From a virus (lineage: Duplodnaviria; Caudoviricetes): 53,556 bases of DNA. The notes beneath the pieces are model-generated. The model worked only from the letters and a program-made list of their open reading frames with translations, was not told the origin of the DNA and searched no databases. Shown here one piece after another: positions 15,446-27,400 of this stretch. The position numbers were made by a program, and so were the translations under genes. Position 1 is the first letter of the stretch. Each line of letters starts with the position of its first letter. The stretch is from positions 1 to 53,556 of IMG/VR virus record IMGVR_UViG_3300048838_000256; one strand, given 5' to 3'.

Positions 15446-18400
15446 TTCAGCTTCTCCCGCAGTTCCTCGGCCAGCTTGCGCTTCTTCTCCACGATGACGC
15501 GCAGCTTCTCGTCGCGCTCGTCCTCGTCGATGCGGCCGGTGGCGAACTGGCGCTTGATCTGCGCGGCCTCCCGGTCGAGGTCGGACTGCACGGCCATCGC
15601 GCGGGCGGCGGCATTTCGGCGCAGCACGTCCTCGGGGTAGCTGCCCAGCTTCACGCCAACCGACGACGCCAGGGCCTGCGTGGGGCTCATTTCCCGCCCG
15701 AAGGCGTCCGTGCGGCCCGTCATCGAGCCCACGACGCCCTCGGTGGCGTAGGTGCCCGGCACGCCGACGATGTTGGGCATGGCGGCCTTCCACAGGTGGT
15801 CGGCGGCCTTCTTCGCTTGCTCGGTCACGGTGTCGGTGTCGCGGTTGGAGATCTCCTTGCCGGTGAACATCGACTTGTTGGCGACGATCTCGCCCACGAC
15901 GGCCAGCGGGCCACCAGGCAGCAGTGCGGGCGGCACGGGGATGGCGGCGTTGCCCTGTCCCACGTCGAGCACGTCACCCACGGGGATCCAGCGCCGGATG
16001 TCGAGGTACACCGGAGAGCCGTGCTCGTCGTTCCACGGCATGCGGATCAGCTTGGGCACGATGCCCCACACCTTGCCGGCCTTCTCGTCGGGCAGCAGCT
16101 TGCGGGCGCGCTCTTCATCGTCGTCGCCGCCGCCGGCCAGCATGACGCCGATCGCGTTCAGCGCGCCGGCCATCGCCATGAGTTTGAGCAGCTTGTGCGG
16201 GCGCTTGCCGGCGATCTCCAGCAGCATCGGCACGGCACGGTAGGTGTAGCTGATGAACGGCCAGAACGAGGCCCGCATGTTGGCGACCCACGGGGCGTTG
16301 ATCGAGTAGTCGAGGAACGACCGGCGCGCGATCTTGCCGGCCTCGCTGTCGCTGGCGCCGCCCTCCTTGGCGCGTAGCCAGGCGGCGAGGCGGAACACGT
16401 CGTCCTCGGCCTGGTAGAGGTCGATCAGGTTCTTGCCGTCCTGCACGACCTTCTCGACCGGCTTGGAACCGCGCAGGGCCTCAAAGGCGGCCGGGAACTG
16501 GCCGTGCAGCATGGCCTGCAGCGCGGCATACGCGCCGACCTGGCCGCGGCCGGTGGCTGCCGCGGCGGCGTTGACCTCGGCCCGCAGGAGGTCGCGGATG
16601 CCGTCCATCGTGTCCTGGGCGATCTCCTGCGACACCCAGCCGCCGATCGAGCCGCCCGACGCCTCGTAGCGCTGCAGGATCTCGCGCGCGGCCTCGCGGT
16701 CGGCCGCGCCGATCGTCTTGCCGGCCAGGTTGCCGACGGCGCCGATCATCCCCTTGCCCTGCCCCTGGTGGGCGGCCAACAGGATCTGCATGCTCTTGGC
16801 GACGTGGCCGGCCGTGACGTCGTGCCAGTCGGCCATGACCACGTTCGACATGATGTTGTTCATGTGCACGGCCGGCGACAGCGCGGTCTTCGCGGTCTTC
16901 CACGCGGTCAGGATGGTCTGGTAGGTCTGCCCGAACGGCATGGGCCGGTTTCCGATCTGGCGCACGTCGTTCCAGATCGGGCCCGGCAGGTAGCGGCCCG
17001 CCAGGTCGCCGTAGCGCGGCACGCCGGTCCCGGGGATCTTCGTGTCCGGCACGCGGACCCACTCGCTCGGCTTGAACGTGTCCTTGTATCGCTCCGACGC
17101 CTCGACGACCGGCCCGCCCAGGTCCTCGCCCGGCTTCTTCGCCTGGGTCTGCGCAAGCCACTGCAGGTACTTGCCGACCTCGACGTCGTGCACCATGCCG
17201 CGCAGGGTGCGGGCGATGGCGTACCGCGCCTCGTCGATCTCGCCCATGCGCACGCGCTCGTCCTTCGTGAAGTCGCGCCACATCACCACGTCGGCGCCCT
17301 TCGTGTCGACAGCCTCCCACGTGCCGGCGTTCTCCCAGTCGGCGTACTTGGCGGGCCGGGGCTCGCCGGCCGGCCAGAAGTTGACCTCGAGAAGCCGGCC
17401 CGGCCGGCGCTCGGACTCCACGCCCGGCAGCGCCTCGACGCCCTCCCCGGCCGGCGCGCGGCGCTCGAAGCGGATGAAATTCTCGCCCTTGAGCGACGTG
17501 TCGGCCTTGCCGGCGACGTCCTTGCGCTTCCACCACTCGGGAGCGGCGGTCTGGATCTGCTTCATCGACGCCTGGCGCACCATGCCGCGGCCCTTGTACT
17601 GCTCGCCCAGGATGGCGATGGCCCGACCGCGGGTCTGCTTCTCGGCGGTCGTCAGGTCGGCCGCGTGCTTGAAGTAGGAGCGGCGCAGGTAGGCGAACCG
17701 GTGCCGGTCGCGCGCCTCGGGGTCCAGCTGCCCCAGCTTGACCGCCTCTTCGGAGAGCTTGTCGATCAGGTTGCGGACCTCGTGCAGCACCTTGACCGAC
17801 TCTGCCGGCAGTTCCTTCATGAGCTCGTCGGCCGTGCGCGTGTCCTCGCCGGACATCCACTCGTAGGCGACGCGCGACTCGGCGCGGGTCAGGGTGGCGA
17901 GCTTGTCGACCAGGGTGCCGGCCGACAGCAGCTGGCCGCGCAGCGAGCCCTGGAACTCGCCGCGGCGATCGAGCACGGCCTGGGGGATGCCGTAGTCGCT
18001 CACGGTGCCGGCCTTGACGACCTCGGGCACCAGGCGGTCCAGCAGCCGTCCGCCAAGCCCGTAGGCGACGCTGGCGACCCGGTCCAGGCCCGTGACCTTG
18101 GACGCGATGCGGAACGCGGCGTCCAGCGGCCTGGGCGTGCTGGCGCTGGCCTGGATGATGGCCTCGGCGCGGGCGGCGACGTCGGCGGCAGCCGGGTTGT
18201 AGGTGGCGCCCGGCTCGGCGGCGATGCGCGGCCGGACCTTGGCCGGCAGCGACTCGGCGCGCAGGTAGTCGAACGCGGGGCTGGTGTCGGCCGTGACGCG
18301 GGTGCGCCTGGACTGCGGCAGCACTTCGCCGCTCGACACGCGCAGCCTCTCGACCATGCTGACGGCGGCGCCGTCGGCGCCGACGTGGATGGCGTCCAGG

Positions 18401-21400
18401 GTCAGGCCGTAGGTCTGCAGGGCCTCCATCACGAGGCGGTCGCGCCCGACGGCGACGAACTTCGACGCGGTGTTGGCGAGCGCCAGGCGGCGCAGCGTGG
18501 CGGTCGCGGCGGCCACGCGGGCGCGCTTGTCGGCCGCGGTCTTGCCGTCCATGATGGACAGCGCGTCGGCCGGAACGGTCGTGATCGAGTGCACCCGATT
18601 CTGGTGCGACAGCGCCATGAGCGTGACGGAGCCGTCGTCGACCTGCAGGCGGCGGGCGACGTTCATCACGTCGGCCGGGCTGCCGATCTGCGTGCCGGCG
18701 AACTCGCCGCCACCCTCAAACGGCTCGGCGGCACCGAAGTCCTTGGACTCCAGGAGCGAAATGCCGTTGCTGTCGATCGTCGCGTACTGGTTCGTGTCGA
18801 TGACGACGTGCCCCATGAAGCGCATGTCGACCGGGTTGGTGCCGCCCATCTGCGTGCCGGCGCGACTGATCTGCTCGGCGTAGCGCGCAAAGTCCTCCGT
18901 GACGCGCTCGTCGGCCCGGCTGGGCGTCGCCACGCCCGCAGGGTGGTTGTGCATCAGCCACATGCGCTTGGCGCCTTGCGCGGCCGCGGTGCGCATCAGG
19001 CGCTCCATGTAGGCGAAGTAGTTGTTGCCCACGATGACGGCGGTCGAGCCTGGCAGCCGGCTGGTGATGCCGACCTGGGCGACGATGCGCCCGGTGCCAT
19101 CGGTGAAGAAGGCGCGGAACGTCTCGAACCGCGGATCGCGGTAGACCTGCGCCAGCGTGGCGAGTTGCTGCGGCGTGCTCGCTACTTGCCCGACGAGGCT
19201 GACCCGCTGCCGGGCAGCGAGACCACTCGACAGGGCTCGACCAAGTATGGTGTCGGTTCGTCGAAGTACGCGGAGTGCGTCCGCAGCTGCTCCGCGAGCC
19301 GCTTCGACAGCCGGTCCTGCCTGGCTTTCGTCAGGTCGAGCGGCTGCGAACAGGTCGAGCTGGGTGTTGAAGAGGTCGGCTTGTGCGCCATTCTTGAAGG
19401 CCCGGCGGCCCTGGGCCGCCATGAGCGCATTGTCGTCGATCGGATGCTTCGCGCGCCACTTCGCGGCCAGGCGGTCGAACACGTCGGGCTTGTCGGCCAG
19501 CAGCGCGTCGACGTCCTTGAAGCCCCGGGCCTTGGCCTCGGCCTGCAGCCAATCCTCCTGCGCCTCCAGATCCTGCGCGAGGGTCTTGCCGCCGTAGGTG
19601 GGCTCGGGGTCGCGCGTGATGTTGGCGTCGGCCGGGTCGAACGTGCCGCGGTTGCCGATGGCGGACTTGATTTGCTCTGGACGCAGCACCGCGTACACAT
19701 CGCCCTTGGCCTTGCCGTCCGTGCTGGCGCTGTCAACCACGTTGCGCACGATCATCCCGTCGTGACCATGCTCGCGCGCCCACTGCAGCGCGCCCTGCAC
19801 GCTGACGGCGTTGCTCGGCAGGTTGCCGAACACCTTGGGCTTCCACTCCTGCCAGGGAACCGGGATGTTGTCATTGCGCTTGCCCAGCGCGTCGATCACC
19901 AGTGGGTTCTGCATCGACAGGTAGGCTTCAACCACTTGGGGCCGCTTGCCGGGCGAGCGCCACATGCCCCGCTGCATGGTGTACTCGCTCGCCAGCGCCT
20001 GGCTGTTCGTGAAGAAGGCGCCGCTCTTGGCGTCGAACTGCGAGAAGCCGCCATTCGGCGTCCCGTGGTACACCACCAGCGGCCTGCCCTCGGCGTCCAC
20101 CACTTTCGACCCACCGAACCAGCGCTTGAACGCAGGCGTGTCGGTCTGGTCGCCGTACCGCGCGCCGGGGTCGCGCGCCAGCATTTCCGGCGACATCATC
20201 CCCGTCGCGGCGAGCGTCATCGCCTCTTCGATCTCGGCGTCGGTCGCCTCGGGCCCGGCGGCGATCGCGCGCTCCAGGTCGGTGATCTCGCGGCGCAGCG
20301 AGGCCAGCATGCCCACCATCGGCCACTCGGCATTCACGCGCGGGCGCAGGGCGTCGATCTCGGCCTCCAGTTGCGAGATCCGGTCGCGCAGCGTGGTCGG
20401 CGCCTTGGCGACCTCGGCCACGGCGTAGCCCGCGCGCCGCGCGATGCCGACGTCGTCGTCGTTGAGGTCGCGGAACAGCGTGGTGTCCCAGCGCCCGCCG
20501 GTCTGGATGTCGACCTGCCAGCCGTAGTCGGTGCCGTGCTTCCACGACACGAACCGCACCGGGAAGCCGCTGATGCTGCCGATGGTCTGCGACGGCTGCA
20601 CGGCGCTGGACAGATCCTTCGCGCGCGCCTTGAGCGCCTGCGCCCAGTCTGCGCGCTTGACGTAGCCCTTGCCGCCGGCCTCGGCCCGGAAGTTGTCCCC
20701 CGACAGGTCGACGACCTTGGACGCCGCCTCGACGGCCTTGGGCAGCAGGGCGCGCGACGCGGCGATCTCGAGCTCGGCCTTCTGCAGCTGCTCCCGGAAC
20801 CGCTGCTTCTGCGTCTCGTGCGCCTGGTACAGGCGGTCCAGGCGCTCGGCGTCGGCGCGCTTGCCGGCCAACTGCAGCACGCGCGGATCCTCGGCCAGCA
20901 TGCCGGCCGCCTGCTCGGCCATGCTCGCCTCGCTCAGGTCGTCGATCTCGCGCAGGTTGGGGTCGCCCGACAGCGCCTGGTCGATGAACCGCTGCTTCGA
21001 GGCCACCAGGCCCCACATCTGCTCGTCGTAGGTGCCCTTCGCGGCGTAGGCGTGGATGTTGACCGTCGGGTTCTTGTTGCCCTGGCGCACGATGCGCCCC
21101 TCGCGCTGCTCCACGTCGGCCGGGAACCAGGGGGTGTCCAGGTGGAACAGGTGCAGCAGGCGCTGCTGGGCGTTGACGCCCGTGCCCATGTTCTTGCTGC
21201 TGCCGATCATCACGCGGACCTTGCCCGAGTTCATGTCGCGGTACAGCTTGACCTTGTCGGCCGACTTCTTGTAGTCGCTCATCCAGGCGACTTGCGACGC
21301 GGGCACGCCGGCATCGCGCAGGCGCTTGTCGACCCAGGCGCGCGCGTCGAAGCCGCGGTTCCTCGCGGCGCCTGCGCCAAACCCCAGGTCGGCGAACACC

Positions 21401-24400
21401 ATCATCGTCGCGCCCTTGTGGGGCTCGACCTTGCCGGCCTTGTCGGTGAACTCCATGTCGGCCGACGCCTTGAACTGCTGGATCAGGCCGTCGACCATCT
21501 GGTTCAGCTTCGAGCCCGGGTCGCTCGGGGCATCCGGGTAGACGAAGCGCATGTCGATCGCGGCCAGCCGGCCGTCGCCGATGATCTTGATGATCGGATC
21601 GGGGTTGCTCTCACCCCAGAACGACGGCTTCCAATCGCGCGAGTCCTTGTAGCGCTGGGCCAGCACTTCGCGGTAGGCGCGGTAGTCGCGCGTGAGCGGC
21701 GTCACGACGATGCGCCGCGCGCCGCCGCGGACCTTGGGCCGCTTGTCGCCCAGGAACTGCGCCAGGGTGTCGGCCGTGAGCACGTCGGCGAACTCGCGGA
21801 ACATGGTCGTGAGCTCGCCCACGTTCACGAACTTCTTGAAGCGCGTGACCTGCTCGTACTTGCCCGCGGCATTGGCCTCCAGCGACGTCGACTCGCGGCC
21901 GAACTGCGCGGCCCAGGAATCGAAGTCCTCGATGCCGGCCGCCTCCATCTGCTGCCGGCCCAGGAAGCGCTGGACGGTGTACATCTCGCCCATCGTGTTC
22001 GTCAGCGGCGTGCCCGAGAGCATGACCAGGGACCGGCCCGGGTTCTTCTCGTCGAGGTAGCGCGACGCCCAGTACATGCTCATCGACAGCTGCGAGCCCT
22101 CGGTCGTGATGCCCTTGACCTGGCGCGACGTGTTGATGTCGAGCTTGCGCGCGACGTGCGCCTCGTCGACGTACATCATGTCGACGCCCATTTCGTCGAG
22201 GCGGACGCTCTTGTCCTTGCCTTCGCCCAGCATGGTGGCGGCGAGCTTTTCCTCCAGGCGCTGCAGCCTGGCCTCCATGCGCTTGACGGTCTGAGAGCCC
22301 TTCTTCTTGCCCGTCTCGGCCTCGTCGTCGGCCACCTGCTGCTCGATCGCGGCGCGGAGCTCGACGATCTGCTCGGTCATCATCCGGGTCTTGAACGCCG
22401 GATCCAGGTCGAGCTTCTTGAACGCGTCGTGCGTGATGATGATGCCGTCGAGGTCGTTCAGCGCGGCGCGCGCGATGAAGCGGCGCCGGTTGTCGCCGGT
22501 GAAGTTGGCCTCGTCGGCGACCATCAGCTTGGCGGCCGGGTACAGCTGCAGCCACTCGCGTTGCCACTGGCCCAGCATGTGATTGGGCACGACGAAAATG
22601 GGCTTCTTGATGAGGCCCAGGCGGCGCTGCTCCATCGCGGAGATCACGGCCGCCCAGGTCTTGCCCGACCCGACGGCGTGCGCCAGGTAGGTGTTGCCCG
22701 ACTGGATGATCCGCCACGCGCCGCGCTTGACGTGGTCGAACACGTCGATCAGCCGGCTCGACCCGGGCATCGTCAGGTGCCGGCCATCGAACGCGCGCCC
22801 GATCGTGGTGTTGAACTTGTCGTTGTACAGGCCGATCAGGCGCGTCGTGCGCTCGGCGTCGCGCCACACCCAGGACGCGAACTCGTCGTGCAGGGCGTTG
22901 AGCTTGGCGGCGGCAGCCTCGGTCGCGGCCTTGTCGAGTTGCTTCGTCGCGTCCTTCCCGCTGCCCACGGTCTTGTAGACCTTGACCTTGCGGCCCGTCA
23001 GCGCGTGGTCCAGGAGCTCGCCCGCGTGGCGGTCGTAGGTGCCCCAGTCGGTCGTGGCCTTGGTCGGGCGGTTGCCCGCGACCCGCTCCTTGTAGCGGAT
23101 GCTCCACTTGCGCGTCGTCTCGTTGAACGACACGCGCGCGTCGACCTCGGCCGTCTCGCGCAGGAACTGCTCGTAGACGTCCGACGGGATCCAGTTCATG
23201 CCCATGCGGATGTTCACGTCCGCGGGCGACCGGCCTGGCGGCTGCACAGCCTCCAGGGCGGCGACGTTGCGCTCGTAGCGGCGGTCGCCCTTGGCGGCCT
23301 CGCGCGCCTCGGCGAGCTTGAGCTTCACGTTGCCCGACAGGTAGGCGTCAGCCGTCTCCCAAGCCTGGCCCTGCGGGTTCTGGTAGACCGCGGCGCCCAG
23401 CGCCTCGGCGGCCTCGGTCTCGGTGATGTCCAGGCGCGCGGCGATCTCCGGCATGTCGATGCGGCCCAGGTCGGCCAGCGTCGTCATCATCGCGTCGTGC
23501 GGCGCGGCGATCGTGGGCTCGGGTTTGCCGCCGAGCACGCGCTCGGACAGCGACTTGCCGGGCTTGACGTCGCCGGTTTCCTCGTTCACGTCCTCCAGGG
23601 CCGCGACCAGGGTGTAGTCGGGGTCGTCGGCCAGGCGGTTCAGCAGCGGGTAGACGCGCGTCTCGACCTCGTCCTGCTCCTTGACCATGACGGGGTTGCC
23701 GTCCTCGTCCTCGACGACGTTGCCGTCCGCGTCGACCTGCTCGACCTCGACCGCGACCTTGCGGCGCTGCACGGTCGACTGGTTAAGCAGGCCGTGCTTC
23801 TTCGTGAAGGCGGCATAGGCGGCCTGCAGCGCCTTGAGGCTGGCCTCCCAGTCGCCGCCGTTCAGCTGGTCGTGCTGCGCCTGCTTGAGCGCGTCGCGCA
23901 GCGGCACGTAGTCGGTCAGCAGGACAATGTCGTCCCGGGTCTTGCCCTCGACGGCCTTGGCCGCGCGTTTGGGCTTCTCGACGACGGCCTGGCCCAGCCC
24001 GCCCTCGCGCTGCATCAGCACGCCGGCGTCGGAGAGGTAGAAGCCACCCTCCTTGCGCGCCTTCGGGTTGAAGTCCACGTCTCGGACCTGCGCGGCCTGG
24101 GCGGCGCTGCCGGCCGGTGGCGCGAACACGTCGGCCGGCATGCGCTCGACCGCGGCGCGGAACAGGTCGCCGATGTCGCCGGCCGGCGCGGTGACGGTGT
24201 ACTCGCGCGCGGCACGCATGCTGCCGGTGGCCGCGTGCGCGCCCAGCACCATGTCGGGGTGCGCGTCGAAGTATTCGTTGACCGTGGCCTGCACGTCCGG
24301 CAGGGCCTTGCCGTCCTCGTCCACGCCGCCGCTGACCATCAACGGCTTGCCGTCGGCGTCAAACACGGGCTTCGTGCCCGCCCACGCCTGGCCGGCGTCG

Positions 24401-27400
24401 AACGTCTCGCCGGGCACCTTCTTGCGCAGGAACAGCACGTCGGTCACGACCTCGGTGCCGGCGTTGTCCTTGAACGCGGTCTGCGGCAGCCGGATGGCGC
24501 CCAGCAGGTCGGCGCGCTCGGCCATGAAGGCGCGTGCGCTGTCGTCCTGCTTGTCCATCGTGAAGCGGCTGGTGACGAACATCAGCAGGCCGCCCGGCCG
24601 CACCCGGTCGAGGGTCTTGGCGAAGAAGTAGTCGTGCAGCTTGAACGCGCGCCTGCGGTACTCCGGGTCGGACAGGACCGCGAACCCGGCGAATGGCGGG
24701 TTGCCGATGCCGACGTCGTAGAAGTCCTTGGGCAGCTTCGAGTCCATGAACGACTCGACGCGCACGTTCTCGTCGGGGAACAGGTGGCCCAGGATGGCGC
24801 CGGTGATCGAGTCGTACTCGATGCCGGTGTAGGCCGTGTTGGCGGCCAGGTTCTCGGGCATCAGGCCCGGGAAGTTCCCTTTGCCGCCGCCAGGCTCCAG
24901 CACCAGGCCACCCTTGAACCCGAAGCGTTCCAGGGCGCCCCACATGCCGCGCACGATGGGCGCCGACGTGTAGTGCCCGTACTGGGTCGAGCGCGAGGCT
25001 TCAGCCCATTCCTCGGGCGTCAGCGCGGCCTTGAGGCGGTCGCGCAGCGCCAGCCAGCGGCGCATGGCCGGCGCCGGGCCCGCCTTCTTGACCTGGTCGG
25101 CAGTGATCTCGGTCAGGTCGTTCCACGACAGCTTGGGGTCGGCCTTGCGCAGTACCTCGAAGGCATCGAACCAGCCGTCCGGCGTGCCGCCGTAGCGCGC
25201 CCAGCGGTCGCGGCGCAGCGTGCCGCCAGCCTTGTCGACGGCGGCCAGCGCGCGATCGAACGCCGGCAGCATGGCCTTGACCTTGTTGAGCTTGTCGCCG
25301 AAGAGGTTGTTGGCGATCTCGCTGGCGCCCCAGCCGACGAACTTGGCGAGCGTGGCCTGCTCTTCGCGCGTGGCCTTGCGGTTCTCGGCGGCCAGCGCCT
25401 TGACGAGCTCGACCGCCTCGACGTTCCACTCGGCGCGCTTGGCCCAGGAGCCGGGCGGACTGATGTCCGCATCGGTGAAGCGGTAGTTCAGCCCTGACTT
25501 GGGGCGGATCGTTCGTCCGGCAGGCTCTCCACCGCCTGCGCGAGCGCGACCTCGCGGGCGCTCTGGTCCGCGTTGTTCATCGCTTGCACCTTCTGCAGGT
25601 ACGGCAGCCCCTTGGCCGTCGCCTGCGAGTTCGCCCGCGCCGACGCCGTCACCGCGGCCTGGTTGACCGGGTCCGCGACCCCCCGCAGGTACGCCAGCCG
25701 CTCGCCCTTGGCGGCCAGATCCTCCCGGAACTTCGGCGCCCGCTCCTGCAGGGCCTTGTCCAGCGTTTCCATCAGCAGGGTCAGTGCCATCGCGGCCTCC
25801 TTCGTTGTCCCGATTATCGCTCGTCGCAGAGTTCTGCGATAAAATGGAGTCCGAAGGAGGTGACGAAGTGAAAGTCCCAGACAGGTTCCCGGAAGGCTCC
25901 AAGTTCTTCGAGTCTGACTCGGGCATGCTGGCCGTGCTGATCCCGTCCGAAGGCCCCTTCAACCTGGTCGGCGGCGAGCTGGTCAAGGCGCGGCGCTGGC
26001 CGCCGTCTTCGGAGGCGATGCCCTTGTCAGAAGCCTCCTGGCGCAAGCTGGCCGCGGCCGAAGCGGCGCCATAGAACACACGCTGCGCGGCGATGACCTC
26101 AAGCGCAGCATCCGACCCGGCCGGCATCACGCGCTCGATGTCGTACAGCTTGTGGCCCTGGCCCTCCTTGGCCGCGATCATTTCCGGGATGTTGATGAGG
26201 ATTTCGGCCTCGATGCCGCCGATCTTCACGTTGACCAACACGTCGCCGTAGCCGGAGCCCAGCAGGCCCGGGTCGCCGGTCAGGTCAGGCGCTTTCAGCG
26301 AGGCCGGCGTGCGGTTCTTGACCCGGCCCGGCGAAACCTCGAACCGCTTGTAGATCGTGTCCAGCACGCGTTGCGCGTCGGCGTAGCTGGAGACGACGAT
26401 CGTCGAGCGCAGCAGGTCGCGCATCTTGTCGGCCTGCATCCCGTTGTCCAGCACCAGCTTCTCGGCGCTTCGCCCGATGCTCTTGATCGGCGCCAGCAGG
26501 TAGCCGATCGCGCCGCTGACGCGAGCGATCTCGGCCACCTTGTCGTCGAACACAGGCTTCTGGTCGTTGGCGGTCTGCAACATCGGCGCCATCAGCGCCT
26601 CGGCCTGGGCGCGCTCTTCCGCGGTGATCGTCTGCTTCGGCGCATCGCCCGTCTGCAGCCGCTGCACGTCGGCCTTGGCCTGCGCGATCGCGTCGGCGGG
26701 CAGGTGCTCGGCCTCCTTGAAGTCCGTGATCTGCATGAGGCTCGCAGAAGGAGCCGGGGCGGCCGGTTGCGCAGCCGGCGCCCCGGCAAACAGGTCGCCC
26801 TGCACGGCGTCGGTCGCCGCGGCCTCGTCGTCGAAAAGGCCGCGCTGCGCGCCGCCCTGCTCCACCTTGCGCAGCGCCTCCTGGGCGGCCTGGCGGTACT
26901 GCTCGGTACTGACCTTGTTCCAGTGCTTGCGGGTCTTCGGGTCGGCTTTCAGCTGCTGACGCACCCAAGCGGTCAACCGCTTGAGGTCCGTGCCGATGAG
27001 CTTGATGCCCTTCTCGCACAGGTTGACGAGGATCTTCTGCAGGTCCGGCGCCTTCTCGCCAACCAGGGCCGCGCGCTGGTGGCGCGTCAGGAAGTCGCCC
27101 AGGTCGGCCAAGGCGTCCTTGAAGTCCTGCACGGCGGCGCGGCGCGGATCCGCCGCGCTCTCGCCCGACGTCGTGGTGCTCGGGAAGGCGTGAATGGCCT
27201 CCAGCACCTGCTCGGCCGGCGCGTTGAATCGCAGCGCGCGCAGCGTGTCGCCCTTGACCCGCTGGGCCAGCCAGCGGTGATGCCCGTCGATCACGTAGCC
27301 GTCAGCCGAAACCAGCGCCGTCGCGGTGTCGCCGGCGGCCTCCATCGCGCGCTTCGTCTTCTTGCGCGAGAACTCGGCCTGGGTCGGCTTGAGCGAGGCC

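Noticed and set aside
16504-25497. 2997-aa antisense ORF (also 26152-29187, 30085-31710, 1729-3228 and similar)
   Set aside because: Codon-aligned antisense shadows of real high-GC genes; R/L/V/G/H-rich composition, no motifs or SD
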